From the NCBI GenBank assembly GCA_016204045.1, contig JACQLQ010000001.1, positions 257,792-321,791 on the forward strand: DNA of 64,000 nt, read 5' to 3'. Both the position numbers and the translations under genes were made by a program. This DNA is from Parcubacteria group bacterium. GTDB taxonomy: Bacteria > Patescibacteriota > Minisyncoccia > Phycocordibacterales > UBA2135. Shown piece by piece: positions 8,927 through 18,617 of the stretch (position 1 is the stretch's first letter; the number at the start of each line of letters is the position of its first letter). Under the pieces are notes generated by a model. That model did not search any database. It was not told where the DNA came from and worked only from the letters and a program-made list of their open reading frames with translations.

Positions 8927-9508
8927 ATGAACAAAGTACTTGTGTGGATAGTGGCCGCCCTCGCCGTGATCGCGGGTGGTTTTTGGGTCTTGAACGCATA
9001 TATCTATGATGAGAAACAAGTTGTTGCCGCAGCCAATTACAAAGATGCGGAGTATGTCATTGAAGGTGAGCGCGTGACACTCAAGGATGGCGTTTCGGAA
9101 ACCGATATTGAGATAGGCTCGGCTTCGGCGACGGTTACTACCAAGTACTTTGGCAATGAATTAAAAACCGATCTGGACGGAGATGGCCGCGAGGATGTCG
9201 TATTCCTCCTTACACAGAATCGTAGCGGCTCCGGCACCTTCTTTTACGTCGTTGCCGCGCGCAACACCGAAGAGGGGTACGTCGGCTCTGATGGGTATTT
9301 CCTAGGGGACAGGATAGCCCCCCAGACTACTGAAGTGAGTCGGAATCCACGACATAAGTACGTCATTGTCGTAAATTACGCGGATCGTGCAGCTGGGGAA
9401 CCAATGACCGCCCGACCTTCTCTAGGTAAGAGTGCTTACATCAAACTCGACCCAGTATCTATGCAATGGGGCATCGTGGAGCCAAACTTCGAAGGTGAGT
9501 CTCGATAG
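8927..9508 (+). CDS. Membrane-anchored or secreted hypothetical protein
   Basis: N-terminal TM/signal anchor followed by a DLDGDGREDVVF motif. Confidence 0.55.
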   Translation: MNKVLVWIVAALAVIAGGFWVLNAYIYDEKQVVAAANYKDAEYVIEGERVTLKDGVSETDIEIGSASATVTTKYFGNELKTDLDGDGREDVVFLLTQNRSGSGTFFYVVAARNTEEGYVGSDGYFLGDRIAPQTTEVSRNPRHKYVIVVNYADRAAGEPMTARPSLGKSAYIKLDPVSMQWGIVEPNFEGESR

Positions 9509-9524
9509 GCAATCCTAAAGAACC

Positions 9525-10622
9525 TTAAGCGCGCCCAGTCCACATCCGCGCTTCCTCCTTGAGCGAACGGTGTATTTCCACCATTGATCCAAGCCACGAC
9601 GTGGTGTGGTAGCGCAGGCCGTGCTTTACGCAAAACTCCCGCACTATTGTTTGTGCTTCCCCGTAGTTGAAGCGCGGCATTGTCGGGAACAAATGATGTT
9701 CGATTTGAAAGTTTAGTCCGCCAAATACATACGATGCAAGCCATGATGAGTGTAGGTTGCGCGTTAGCGTGATCTGGTGCGCCCAATTGAATGTCTCGTC
9801 TTCGTCGAGCATCGCTTCCCCTTTGTGATTGGGTGCAAAAACTACCCCGAGATATGCGCCGATAATGACAAACGCGGTAGTGAGGAAGAGGAGTGCGATG
9901 GGAAGCGGTAGGAAATAGAATGGTAGTCCTATTGTTATGATAAAGTGCGCGGCCATTAACAGAAGCTCGATGATGGATCGAATTGTCATGTTGCTGAAGA
10001 TAAACTTCATACTGTAGGCGATGTTGTAGGGGTATACAAATGCGAGTGCGGGCCAAAACATGATGTGTTGGTAGGGGAATACCCATTTTTTGTAAAAAGG
10101 AGAGCGTCGTGCCGCTTGTGCCCCAGAAAAGACAAACGGGATCTCCAGATCGGGGTCATGGCCAATGTGATTTGGATTTTTGTGGTGAGCGTTGTGCTTA
10201 GAAAACCACCGACTTTCGCTCAGTCCGCCCAAGAGCCCCCATGCAAGCATCCCCCAGAAACGATTTCTCTTGTTGGATGTGAACACTTCCTCGTGTGAGA
10301 GATCGTGCCCAATCATACCAATTTGCACAGAAAAAAAGGAAAACACGAGAGCGTTCACTATTTGGAATACTGCATTGTCGCTCGCTGTAAGAGCGAACAA
10401 GCTCGCCCCGACGCCGAGAATACTGACTCCGCCCGTCAGAGCATAGTGCCAGTAGGTCCGTTTAAACAGACCCCGTTCAGTAACCTCCACAAGGAGCGAC
10501 TGGTAGAGTTCTATAGGAAGAGCCATTTTGTGAGCAGGGGTCGACGGATCGCCTGTTTTAAGGGCTTTTTCACTCATTGCCCGTATTCTACCGCAATCAT
10601 TAGTATATAAAAACACCGTCAT
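9525..10622 (-). CDS. Membrane fatty-acid desaturase family protein
   Basis: Three histidine boxes: HDLSH, HNAHHKNPNH, QIEHHLFP. Confidence 0.75.
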   Translation of the reverse strand: MTVFLYTNDCGRIRAMSEKALKTGDPSTPAHKMALPIELYQSLLVEVTERGLFKRTYWHYALTGGVSILGVGASLFALTASDNAVFQIVNALVFSFFSVQIGMIGHDLSHEEVFTSNKRNRFWGMLAWGLLGGLSESRWFSKHNAHHKNPNHIGHDPDLEIPFVFSGAQAARRSPFYKKWVFPYQHIMFWPALAFVYPYNIAYSMKFIFSNMTIRSIIELLLMAAHFIITIGLPFYFLPLPIALLFLTTAFVIIGAYLGVVFAPNHKGEAMLDEDETFNWAHQITLTRNLHSSWLASYVFGGLNFQIEHHLFPTMPRFNYGEAQTIVREFCVKHGLRYHTTSWLGSMVEIHRSLKEEARMWTGRA

Positions 10623-10638
10623 GGGACGGCGCTTACGT

Positions 10639-11469
10639 TTAGGTCACATCAGGTGTGACGGTTTCGACTAGGCGAAGCAAGTCGTCGTTTGAATACTTCG
10701 GGCGTTCAATAGTTTGCCAGCCAGTATCCCAGACAGGATTCTCTGCAGGACGTACCATACGGAGCCAGTTTGCGCGCGGTGCGAGTTCTCCAGTGAAGGG
10801 GTTTCTGCGAGTGTAATGTAGTACCTGGCAGTTTTTGATCCTATCATCAGGATCTTTTGAAAGATGGAGATCCCTAAAACGCTGTTGGGAAATTCGCTCG
10901 ATTCTGACGCGAATAGCCCACGTTGTTTCGCCGTGACAAGCCATGAGCACACTCATGTCTCGGCATTCACGATCAAGTGTGTCCAAGACGCGGTCAACGT
11001 GCAAACATTTTTCTGCAAGCGATTGCCCATTAGGGGGTCTCCAAAAGAATGGTTCTTGCTCCTTCATACGGAGCGCCTCACCGAACTTTGCTTGTCGCTC
11101 GTCCTCCGGGAGAGCGTGAATATCGCCCCAGTCACGTTCAGTTAGATACATGTCGCAATGCCACCGAGCGTTCGGGAGTTGGAAAAGGCCACCTGTTTCC
11201 ATTGCACGGAGGTAATCTGACGTATAGCAACGATCAAATCCCCAACCTCTCCACCGCTGTATCTCATTTCCGTAAAATTCTTTGCGGAGCCATTCCCCCG
11301 TGACACGCGCTTGCTCTTTCCCTCGATCTGTCAGTCGAAAGCTCGCAGTGTGGCGTCCCCGTAGCTTATTTGCCGCTTCATTGTCACCCTTTTTCGAGCG
11401 GCGTTTTGCTGCATTGCTTTCAGACTCGGCATGTCGAATAACGACGAGATTCACTGGCAACATATCCAT
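10639..11469 (-). CDS. Histidine phosphatase superfamily protein (phosphoglycerate mutase-like)
   Basis: RHAESE (RHG-type) catalytic motif near the N-terminus. Confidence 0.7.
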   Translation of the reverse strand: MDMLPVNLVVIRHAESESNAAKRRSKKGDNEAANKLRGRHTASFRLTDRGKEQARVTGEWLRKEFYGNEIQRWRGWGFDRCYTSDYLRAMETGGLFQLPNARWHCDMYLTERDWGDIHALPEDERQAKFGEALRMKEQEPFFWRPPNGQSLAEKCLHVDRVLDTLDRECRDMSVLMACHGETTWAIRVRIERISQQRFRDLHLSKDPDDRIKNCQVLHYTRRNPFTGELAPRANWLRMVRPAENPVWDTGWQTIERPKYSNDDLLRLVETVTPDVT

Positions 11470-11518
11470 TTCTCCTTCCTCTACCCCGATTGAACTATAA
11501 AGGAGATAGAAAGGTCAA

Positions 11519-12139
11519 GTGTGGTATACTTCAGCCATGAAAAAGCAGGTCGTTTTTATCCACGGCGGGGACGCATTTAGTTCCTACGAGAAATATCTTG
11601 AGGCGCTTCGCAGTGCCGAGTATGACCCCGTCGTGTACGGGCAGAAGCGTTGGAAACATACGCTTGCCGAACGACTGGGTCCGGATTTTGAAGTATTGGC
11701 TCCCGCAATGCCATGCAAGGATAACGCAAAGTATGTTGAGTGGAAGATTTGGTTTGAGAAAGTACTTCCGTATATCCACGATGGGGTCATCCTCATCGGG
11801 CACTCGTTAGGGGGACTCTTCCTTGCGAAATATCTTTCAGAAAACGAGTTTCCAAAAGAAGTGCGCGCGACATTTCTTGTTGGCGCGGTGTACGACGAAG
11901 ACAGCGACACGCACTCGGTAGGGGACTTCGAGCTTCCGGCATCACTTGAGCATTTTGCAAAACATGGTGGCGACATTTTCCTCTACCACAGTGAAGATGA
12001 CTTCGTCGTGCCTGTCTCTGCGATTGAGAAGTATGGCAAAGCGCTTCCAGACGCTGAGGAGCATATCTTTATCGACCGCGGTCATTTTCTCCAAGAAGAA
12101 TTTCCCGAGCTCATCGAGAAAATCAAAAGTCTCTCCTAA
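11519..12139 (+). CDS. Alpha/beta hydrolase (serine hydrolase, RBBP9/YdeN-like)
   Basis: Nucleophile elbow GHSLGG. About 200 aa. Confidence 0.7.
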   Translation: MWYTSAMKKQVVFIHGGDAFSSYEKYLEALRSAEYDPVVYGQKRWKHTLAERLGPDFEVLAPAMPCKDNAKYVEWKIWFEKVLPYIHDGVILIGHSLGGLFLAKYLSENEFPKEVRATFLVGAVYDEDSDTHSVGDFELPASLEHFAKHGGDIFLYHSEDDFVVPVSAIEKYGKALPDAEEHIFIDRGHFLQEEFPELIEKIKSLS

Positions 12140-12192
12140 AAGTATTCTCGTATTCTCGGGAATATGAGAATACTTTTATTATTTCTTGTTGT

Positions 12193-12225
12193 TTGACATG
12201 TCCTGATAAAGTGTATATAATACAC
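12193..12225 (+). promoter_or_regulatory. nadM promoter (TTGACA-17-TATAAT) with an overlapping palindrome GTGTATATAATACAC, a candidate NrtR operator. The -10 lies about 9 nt from the ATG, so the transcript is probably leaderless.
   Basis: Perfect consensus hexamers. The palindrome overlaps the -10 box. Confidence 0.45.
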
Positions 12226-12229
12226 TAAC

Positions 12230-12772
12230 ATGATAAATACGCAGGGGAAAAAATACGGTGTTTTCGTGGGGCGCATAAGCCCTCTTCACCACGGTCATGC
12301 GCAAGCCATAGAGGCGATGCTCCAAGACTTTGGGCATGAATGTTCAACTATTGTTATTGGAAGCACCAATGCTCCGATCGCCGAAAAGACCCCTTTTACC
12401 TTTGATGAGCGGAAGAGCTTTTGCGAGGCGATCTTTCCCGAGGTACGCGTGCTTGGATTGCCCGACTTCCACAATAATGAAGCGTGGCTTGCTGCTCTCG
12501 ATCGGCTCCTAGAAGAACAGGGCATAGACCCCAGCTCAACCGTTTTTTATGGAGGGTCAGGACCAGATATCGCTTTTTTCGAGGCTGATGGGAGAAGTGT
12601 GGAGATCGTAGACAGATATGGCGACTCCTCACTTTCTATCTCTGCTACCGACATACGCCAGTTTTTGCGCAGAAAAGAATATGAGAAACTTGATGGACGT
12701 GTCGACCCAAGAATTAGAGAACAGGTAATAGAACTTTTTGAAAAGCGTCGACACGAAATCTATGGGAAATAA
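12230..12772 (+). CDS. nadM: Nicotinamide/nicotinate mononucleotide adenylyltransferase, NadM type
   Basis: GRISPLHHGH matches the (H/T)xGH nucleotidyltransferase motif. About 180 aa. Confidence 0.75.
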   Translation: MINTQGKKYGVFVGRISPLHHGHAQAIEAMLQDFGHECSTIVIGSTNAPIAEKTPFTFDERKSFCEAIFPEVRVLGLPDFHNNEAWLAALDRLLEEQGIDPSSTVFYGGSGPDIAFFEADGRSVEIVDRYGDSSLSISATDIRQFLRRKEYEKLDGRVDPRIREQVIELFEKRRHEIYGK

Positions 12773-13439
12773 AACGTACAAAAAATATGATTTTGCTGTG
12801 ATCGCGACTGATGTGGCGCTTTTCACCGTACGTGACAATCTTCTTCAGGTGCTTCTTATTAAGATGAAAAAAGAGCCATACACAGGCAAATGGGCAATGC
12901 CCGGCGGCTTGGTGAAGCCGGACGAATCAGTAGACAGCGCTGCTGAACGTGTTTTGCAAGAAAAAGGCGGCATACAGAACGTCTACCTGGAGCAACTGCA
13001 CACCTTTGGTCGTGTTGATCGTGACCCCTTTGGCCGCGTGGTGTCTGTGGCATACACCGCTCTTGTGCCAAGCGCGAAGCTTTCGCTAAAAACGACGGAA
13101 GAATATTCAAACATCGCGTGGTTTCCCGTGAAGAGCGCCCCAGTGCTTGCATATGACCACAAAGAAGTACTTGCGACTGCAGTCGAACGGCTTCGAGCGA
13201 AGCTCGGGTATACAACTATTGCACAAAACCTTTTGCCGAAGGAGTTTACGTTAAGCGAACTCCAAAACATATACGAAGTGGTTTTAGGAAAGAAACTCGA
13301 TAAGCGTAACTTTAGGAAGAAGATACTTGCCGTTGGACTCGTGAAGAGCACAGGAAAAGAGAGGAGGGGAGGGGCAAACCGCCCTGCGGAGCTCTATACG
13401 TTTCAAGCGAAGCAGTTGAAAACGGTTGAGATTCTCTAG
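12738..13439 (+). CDS. nrtR: NrtR-like Nudix-related transcriptional regulator (Nudix domain plus C-terminal winged helix). The start may be 12762.
   Basis: Nudix box GKWAMPGGLVKPDESVDSAAERVLQEKGG. C-terminus ...LDKRNFRKKILAVGLV...RPAELYTF is typical of the NrtR wHTH. Overlaps the nadM stop. Confidence 0.7.
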   Translation: MKSVDTKSMGNKTYKKYDFAVIATDVALFTVRDNLLQVLLIKMKKEPYTGKWAMPGGLVKPDESVDSAAERVLQEKGGIQNVYLEQLHTFGRVDRDPFGRVVSVAYTALVPSAKLSLKTTEEYSNIAWFPVKSAPVLAYDHKEVLATAVERLRAKLGYTTIAQNLLPKEFTLSELQNIYEVVLGKKLDKRNFRKKILAVGLVKSTGKERRGGANRPAELYTFQAKQLKTVEIL

Positions 13440-13512
13440 CCACCCTTGACTTCAATGTAAAAGTGTCCCACAATCAGGCAAGAAACTTGTATTATTTTTT
13501 TGAACATGGTAA

Positions 13513-13527
13513 GTGTAACTTATACAC
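13513..13527 (+). promoter_or_regulatory. Second GTGTA-N5-TACAC palindrome, upstream of pncA. Candidate NrtR operator.
   Basis: GTGTAACTTATACAC shares both half-sites with the nadM site. Confidence 0.3.
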
Positions 13528-13660
13528 AAACTAATCAGTTAGATAAGAAGTGCGGACGATTGAGCCAGTGAAGCATTGTCTCAATCGCCCGGACTGCTTA
13601 AGGCGTCCGGTCGTGAGGTAGCTCACGAGCCCATTCACACACAACCTAGGGAGACCTCCC

Positions 13661-14218
13661 ATGGCGGACAAGGCACTCATACTTGTCGATGTGCAGAACG
13701 ATTTTTGCCCAGGTGGCTCACTTGCTGTTCCTCGTGGCGATGAAGTGGTTCCGCCGCTCAATCGCATGATTATGTTCGCGGTTGCGCAGGGTTGGGATAT
13801 CGTCGCCTCCCGCGATTGGCATCCGAGGCAGACCAAGCACTTTGCGGAGTTTGGCGGCATCTGGCCGGTACACTGCGTGCAGGGAACACCTGGTGCTGAA
13901 TTCCATTCTGGTCTACACCTGTCCATGAGCTACTCGCAGTTCCAAGTTGTTTCCAAGGGACTTGGTGATGCGGACGATTATTCTGCCTTTGACAGCGGCA
14001 TGAAGCCAGAAGCGAAGCATCTCTACGTTGGCGGACTAGCCACTGACTATTGTGTTCTCGCTACGGTGAGAAGGGCGCTCGAGCTCGGGTATGAAGTGAC
14101 CTTGCTCACTGATGCGTCTCGGGCTGTGGACCTGAAGCCCGGTGATGGTGAGCGTGCTATTGCGGAGATGCAGGCTGCCGGAGCCGTGCTCGCGACTACC
14201 GAAGAAGTGATGGCTTGA
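13661..14218 (+). CDS. pncA: Nicotinamidase/pyrazinamidase
   Basis: LILVDVQNDFCPGGSLAV, the catalytic Cys in GLATDYCVLAT, and SRDWHP. Confidence 0.85.
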   Translation: MADKALILVDVQNDFCPGGSLAVPRGDEVVPPLNRMIMFAVAQGWDIVASRDWHPRQTKHFAEFGGIWPVHCVQGTPGAEFHSGLHLSMSYSQFQVVSKGLGDADDYSAFDSGMKPEAKHLYVGGLATDYCVLATVRRALELGYEVTLLTDASRAVDLKPGDGERAIAEMQAAGAVLATTEEVMA

Positions 14219-14238
14219 TCTTTGAAGAGCGTAATTTC

Positions 14239-14265
14239 GTGGAGGATTTCTTCCTCCACTTTTCT
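14239..14265 (+). terminator. Rho-independent terminator
   Basis: gtggagga/tcctccac hairpin followed by TTTTCT. Confidence 0.55.
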
Positions 14266-14423
14266 ATAGAGCACCCGAATCATCGGATGTCCTTAGAGAA
14301 AGATTTTGGCAGAAAGTGTTAGTTGACTACGCGGACTTTTTGTGGTAGTTTTCTACGCAGTCAACTGTCTCTTTTGAGACAGTAAGGCAAGCACTTCACA
14401 CAACCCAAAGAGAAGGGGCGAGC

Positions 14424-15725
14424 ATGAACCTACGGCTCGAATATTTTGAGACAGCGGATCAGGAACTTGCTCTTCGGCGTGAGTCACTGGCGGACATCGA
14501 TTTTTACAAATACACGATGGGCCAGTGGATCCTTGAAAATGGCCTCGGCGGGACCGAAGTAACGTTTGAGCTTATTGTCCGCGATCCCAATATCAAGCTT
14601 GCCCAAGTCATTCCCGAAAACGAGCTCCGTGAAGCTCTTGATCGCAAACGTGATCTTCGGCACTTGCCCGTTGAGATCAAGTTTCTCCGCGACATGCAGG
14701 CAGATGGCAAAAACGTTTTTGGGGAGAGATATCTCCAATTCCTTGAACGGTTCCAGCTCCCACCCTATGAGCTAAAGAGGGAAGGAGATCAGTATCACCT
14801 CACTTTCACCGGCAAGTGGATTGAGGTCACCATGTGGGAAACGATTGCGCTCGCAGTTATCTCTGAGCTTTACTACACAAAGTTGGGAGAGGGGCATCTC
14901 ACTACCGATGAATATGTGGCGATGCTCAAGAAAGCGAGCGACAAGTTGTATCGGAAATTAGACAGGATTGCACAGTACCCAGGCATACGCTTCAGTGATT
15001 TTTGCCAGCGTCGTCGGAATAGCTTTATGTGGCAGAAGTTTGCAGTGGGAGTCGCGAAAAGCGCTCTCCCGAAGCAGTTTATCGGGACTTCAAACACCTG
15101 GATGGCGATGCATCATAACGTTCCAGTAGTGGGAACCATGGCTCACGAAATATTCATGGTGCTTGCTGCTCTCGCGCGCTCTGGCGGAGACCTCCGCGAC
15201 TCACAATACCGAGTATTGGCGCGTTGGATGGAACTTTATGGACCCAAATTCCGCGTATTCCTGGCGGACACGTATAGAACACCTGAATTTTTGAAGCACG
15301 CCCCAGCTTGGATTGCCCACCATTATAGCGGCATGCGCCTCGATTCGGGTAATCTGGCACACAATGGGCATCTCTATATCGATTGGCTTAAGGGGCATGG
15401 AGTCGACCCTATGGAGCGATTTGTTGTTCCCTCTGACGGCCTCGATGACGAGGACATGATTCGACTGCACCTGGAGTTTCAGGACAAAATAGACCACTTC
15501 TTTGGCTGGGGCACGCTTTTCGGAAACGATTTTCGTGATTGCGCACCGCCGTCACTCATCGGGTTCAGACCGTTCTCGGTGGTCTGCAAGGTGACCAGAG
15601 TTGCTGGTAGGCATGCAGTCAAACTCTCCGACAATAGGGGCAAGGAGACAGGCCCCAAGATAGAGGTCGACCGTTACAAAGGGACTTTCGGTATCCAGGA
15701 CGTAAATACACAACCGATTGTGTGA
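14424..15725 (+). CDS. pncB: Nicotinate phosphoribosyltransferase
   Basis: 433 aa with GTMAHE and the overall NAPRTase layout. Confidence 0.8.
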   Translation: MNLRLEYFETADQELALRRESLADIDFYKYTMGQWILENGLGGTEVTFELIVRDPNIKLAQVIPENELREALDRKRDLRHLPVEIKFLRDMQADGKNVFGERYLQFLERFQLPPYELKREGDQYHLTFTGKWIEVTMWETIALAVISELYYTKLGEGHLTTDEYVAMLKKASDKLYRKLDRIAQYPGIRFSDFCQRRRNSFMWQKFAVGVAKSALPKQFIGTSNTWMAMHHNVPVVGTMAHEIFMVLAALARSGGDLRDSQYRVLARWMELYGPKFRVFLADTYRTPEFLKHAPAWIAHHYSGMRLDSGNLAHNGHLYIDWLKGHGVDPMERFVVPSDGLDDEDMIRLHLEFQDKIDHFFGWGTLFGNDFRDCAPPSLIGFRPFSVVCKVTRVAGRHAVKLSDNRGKETGPKIEVDRYKGTFGIQDVNTQPIV

Positions 15726-15835
15726 AGATTCAAATCAAAATCGGGGAAGCCAAGTGTTTCCCCATCTTATAGAGTACCCGAAGCGATTCGGATGCTCTTA
15801 AAGATTCGCACCTCTCACAACCAAAAGGGCGCGCT

Positions 15836-17794
15836 ATGCGACTCATCAAAATCGGCATCGGAAACATAAATACCACCGTAGGAGCGTTCGTGTCGAATAC
15901 CGACCTGCTCCTACAAAGGGGGAGGGAGATGGCAGAGGCGGAATGCACCGTCGGGTGCTTCCAGGAGCTCTCCATCGGTGGTTATCCGGCCGAGGATTTG
16001 GTGCAGTGGCGGCATTTTGTCTCTGGACAATGGGAAGCCCTCAATAGATTTGCCAAAGCAACGACGAGTTTTGGTTTGGGGTTTCCCACCGTGTTCGTCA
16101 TCGGCGTGGTTGTCTCTTTCGAGGGGCAGCTCTACAACGCTGCGGCAGTCGTTTCCCGCGGGAAGATATGGGGCATTGTCCCGAAAGAAAAGCTTCCCAC
16201 CTATGGGGTGTTCTACGAGGGCAGAGTGTTTGCACCGGGGACACCGCATCTTTCGGGCAAAGTCGACTGGATTCCTTTTGGCGACCTCATCTTCAAAACC
16301 TCCTTTGGCACATTTGCCGTCGAGGTGTGCGAGGATATGTGGTCTCCTGATGGCCCCATGCGTCGGCGTTCGATGTCGGGCGCAGAGCTTGTCGTCAATA
16401 TTTCCGCATCCCCGTTTCGCGTTGGTGTACTCGAAACACGCCGCGAGATGATCGCGACGCGTGCCGCGGACAACCAAGTGACCGTGGTGTATGCGAACCA
16501 CATTGGCGGCAACGACGCGCTTGTCTTTGACGGTGGTGGTTTTGTAAACCAAAACGGGACTATGCTCTGCGAGGTGCCGCGATGGAAAGAGGGGGTTACG
16601 ACCCAGGTTGTTGACCTCGACAGGACAGCACGTCTACGCACCGAGAATACGACATGGCGCACTGACCGAGAGCACTACTTCAAGACGAATCAGAGGGTCA
16701 AAGAAGTAGAGATCCTCGGTGCTCCGCAGCCGAACCAACCTTTGTACCAGTATCCTGTACCCAAAAGCAAGAATTTCTTCATCCCTGATTTTGATTCGGA
16801 AAATCGTCGCGAAAGACATTTCGAAGATTTGATCCAGGCGATGATCATGGGTCTCGATTATTTCGACAAGACGAAGGCGTTTCAGAGGATTGGCATTGCG
16901 CTCTCCGGTGGCAAGGATTCTGCGTTGACGCTCATCATCGCATGGCTCTATGCCCTTAAGAAATTTGGTGGCGACAGAGAACGTGCACGCGCGTTCATTC
17001 ACTGTTTTAGCATGCCCACACGGTTTAATTCGGAGGGCACGAAGACGATCGCCTCTGAACTTGCGCGAGAGCTCGATGTGACATTCAAGGAAGTTTCCAT
17101 TGCCGAAGCATTTGAGCGCGAGTGTGAGGCGGCAAAGGCGATGCTTGCTGAAGGAGAGGAACTCTCTCCCACAACAATCCAAAACATCCAGGCAAGAATT
17201 CGTGCCACGAGGATGTGGAATTGGGCAAACAGTGTAGGCGGTCTCTTTCTTCAGACGGGGAATATGTCAGAGAAGGCGGTCGGGTACACCACGATTGGAG
17301 GGGATCTTTCGGGTGGGTATTCTCTCATCGGGAACCTCCCAAAGACGGTGGTCATCGAACTTCTTCGCTATATGAAAGAGAGCTTCGGTCTCGTCTCGCT
17401 CGGAGCACTCCTTGAGACGAAGGCCTCTGCCGAGCTTGCTCCTAATCAATTCGACGAAGATGATTTGATGCCATTCCCAGTTCTCGATGCGTGTTTCGCG
17501 CTCTTTGCGGGGGAAAAGCTTTCACCGAAAGAGCTTTATCTCGTACTTCGCTCCATGTGGAGTGATGAAGAGTTGGAGGCGATGGCTCCGCGCTACAAAG
17601 AGGGCATGCTTAAGGAGTGGGTCAAGCGGTTTGTAAAGCTCTTTAGCCAGTCGATCTTCAAGTGGGTGCAAGCACCACAGGCGGTGCACCTTGGCACGCT
17701 TGACCTCGATCGCGAACGTGCGCTCCAGCTCCCCGTAGTGCATTCAAACGAATGGCTCGAGGAGTCGCTTAAAGAGATTGATGTTCTTTTGTAA
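15836..17794 (+). CDS. nadE: Glutamine-dependent NAD+ synthetase (N-terminal nitrilase domain plus NAD synthetase domain)
   Basis: The CN-hydrolase Cys in CEDMW, the PP-loop SGGKDSAL, 652 aa. Confidence 0.9.
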   Translation: MRLIKIGIGNINTTVGAFVSNTDLLLQRGREMAEAECTVGCFQELSIGGYPAEDLVQWRHFVSGQWEALNRFAKATTSFGLGFPTVFVIGVVVSFEGQLYNAAAVVSRGKIWGIVPKEKLPTYGVFYEGRVFAPGTPHLSGKVDWIPFGDLIFKTSFGTFAVEVCEDMWSPDGPMRRRSMSGAELVVNISASPFRVGVLETRREMIATRAADNQVTVVYANHIGGNDALVFDGGGFVNQNGTMLCEVPRWKEGVTTQVVDLDRTARLRTENTTWRTDREHYFKTNQRVKEVEILGAPQPNQPLYQYPVPKSKNFFIPDFDSENRRERHFEDLIQAMIMGLDYFDKTKAFQRIGIALSGGKDSALTLIIAWLYALKKFGGDRERARAFIHCFSMPTRFNSEGTKTIASELARELDVTFKEVSIAEAFERECEAAKAMLAEGEELSPTTIQNIQARIRATRMWNWANSVGGLFLQTGNMSEKAVGYTTIGGDLSGGYSLIGNLPKTVVIELLRYMKESFGLVSLGALLETKASAELAPNQFDEDDLMPFPVLDACFALFAGEKLSPKELYLVLRSMWSDEELEAMAPRYKEGMLKEWVKRFVKLFSQSIFKWVQAPQAVHLGTLDLDRERALQLPVVHSNEWLEESLKEIDVLL

Positions 17795-17802
17795 ATTGTG
17801 TG

Positions 17803-17836
17803 TGGCGGTCGCGCTTGTGCGCACCGCCACTTTTTG
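17803..17836 (+). terminator. Rho-independent terminator
   Basis: gtggcggt...accgccac stem followed by TTTTT. Confidence 0.5.
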
Positions 17837-17848
17837 TTATAGTGGGAC

Positions 17849-18457
17849 ATGCTTAATACAACAACCTTGAGCATCGCGGGTTTTGTCGCCGTTGTCTTTG
17901 TTGCCGCAGGGTTTCTCTTCTTTTCTCAAGAAAAGACCCCCGGAAACGAAGCGACACCCGTCACTATTGCTCCTATGACTACAAACGTTATCATGAAGAC
18001 AAATAAAGGCGAGATTGAACTCGAGCTTTTGAGCGATCTTGCTCCCAAGACCGTCGAGAACTTTCTTACGCTTGCGAAAAGCGGCTTTTACAATGGAGTG
18101 AAATTCCACCGCGTCATACAGGGCTTCATGATCCAAGGGGGAGACCCTCTTTCCAAGGATGATGCACAAAAAGGTGGGTGGGGAACTGGTGGCCCGGGCT
18201 ATGCGTTTGAGGACGAGATCCATGCCGAGAACAAGAATCTCACGGGTACAATCGCTATGGCCAATGCTGGTCCAAATACGAACGGTAGCCAATTTTTCAT
18301 CAACACGGCTGACAATGTCTTTCTTAACGACAAGCACACTGTTTTTGGTAAAGTAGTTAGGGGTCTTGATGTGGTGCGCCTCATCGAAGATACCCCGACT
18401 GATGGAAACGATCGACCAGTTTCGAGCGTCGTAATTGAAGGCATCATCGTGAAATAA
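17849..18457 (+). CDS. Cyclophilin-type peptidyl-prolyl cis-trans isomerase, membrane-anchored
   Basis: FHRVIQGFMIQGGDP and GTIAMANAGPNTNGSQFFI. Confidence 0.85.
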   Translation: MLNTTTLSIAGFVAVVFVAAGFLFFSQEKTPGNEATPVTIAPMTTNVIMKTNKGEIELELLSDLAPKTVENFLTLAKSGFYNGVKFHRVIQGFMIQGGDPLSKDDAQKGGWGTGGPGYAFEDEIHAENKNLTGTIAMANAGPNTNGSQFFINTADNVFLNDKHTVFGKVVRGLDVVRLIEDTPTDGNDRPVSSVVIEGIIVK

Positions 18458-18483
18458 CCCTGGCTATATCCCTTGAACTCAAG

Positions 18484-18516
18484 AAAAAATTACTGCTGTA
18501 CGGCAGTAATTTTTTT
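18484..18516 (+). terminator. Rho-independent terminator
   Basis: attactgctg/cggcagtaat stem with flanking A6 and T7 runs. Confidence 0.55.
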
Positions 18517-18617
18517 AAATGTTTGCACGAAGGGGAAGTGCGTGGTGTGGAAAACGTAGGCGAGACAAGGTGCTATACTAATTACATATACTAATTACTA
18601 ACAAGTAATCATTACTT

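Noticed and set aside
12138-12177. 12-bp perfect inverted repeat aaaagtattctc...gagaatactttt after the hydrolase gene, considered as an NrtR site
   Set aside because: An AT-rich stem followed by a T-run sits directly after a stop codon, which is more consistent with a terminator. The GTGTA-N5-TACAC sites are better operator candidates.
15911-16662. Minus-strand ORFs of 213 and 149 aa
   Set aside because: Antisense to nadE. No independent support.
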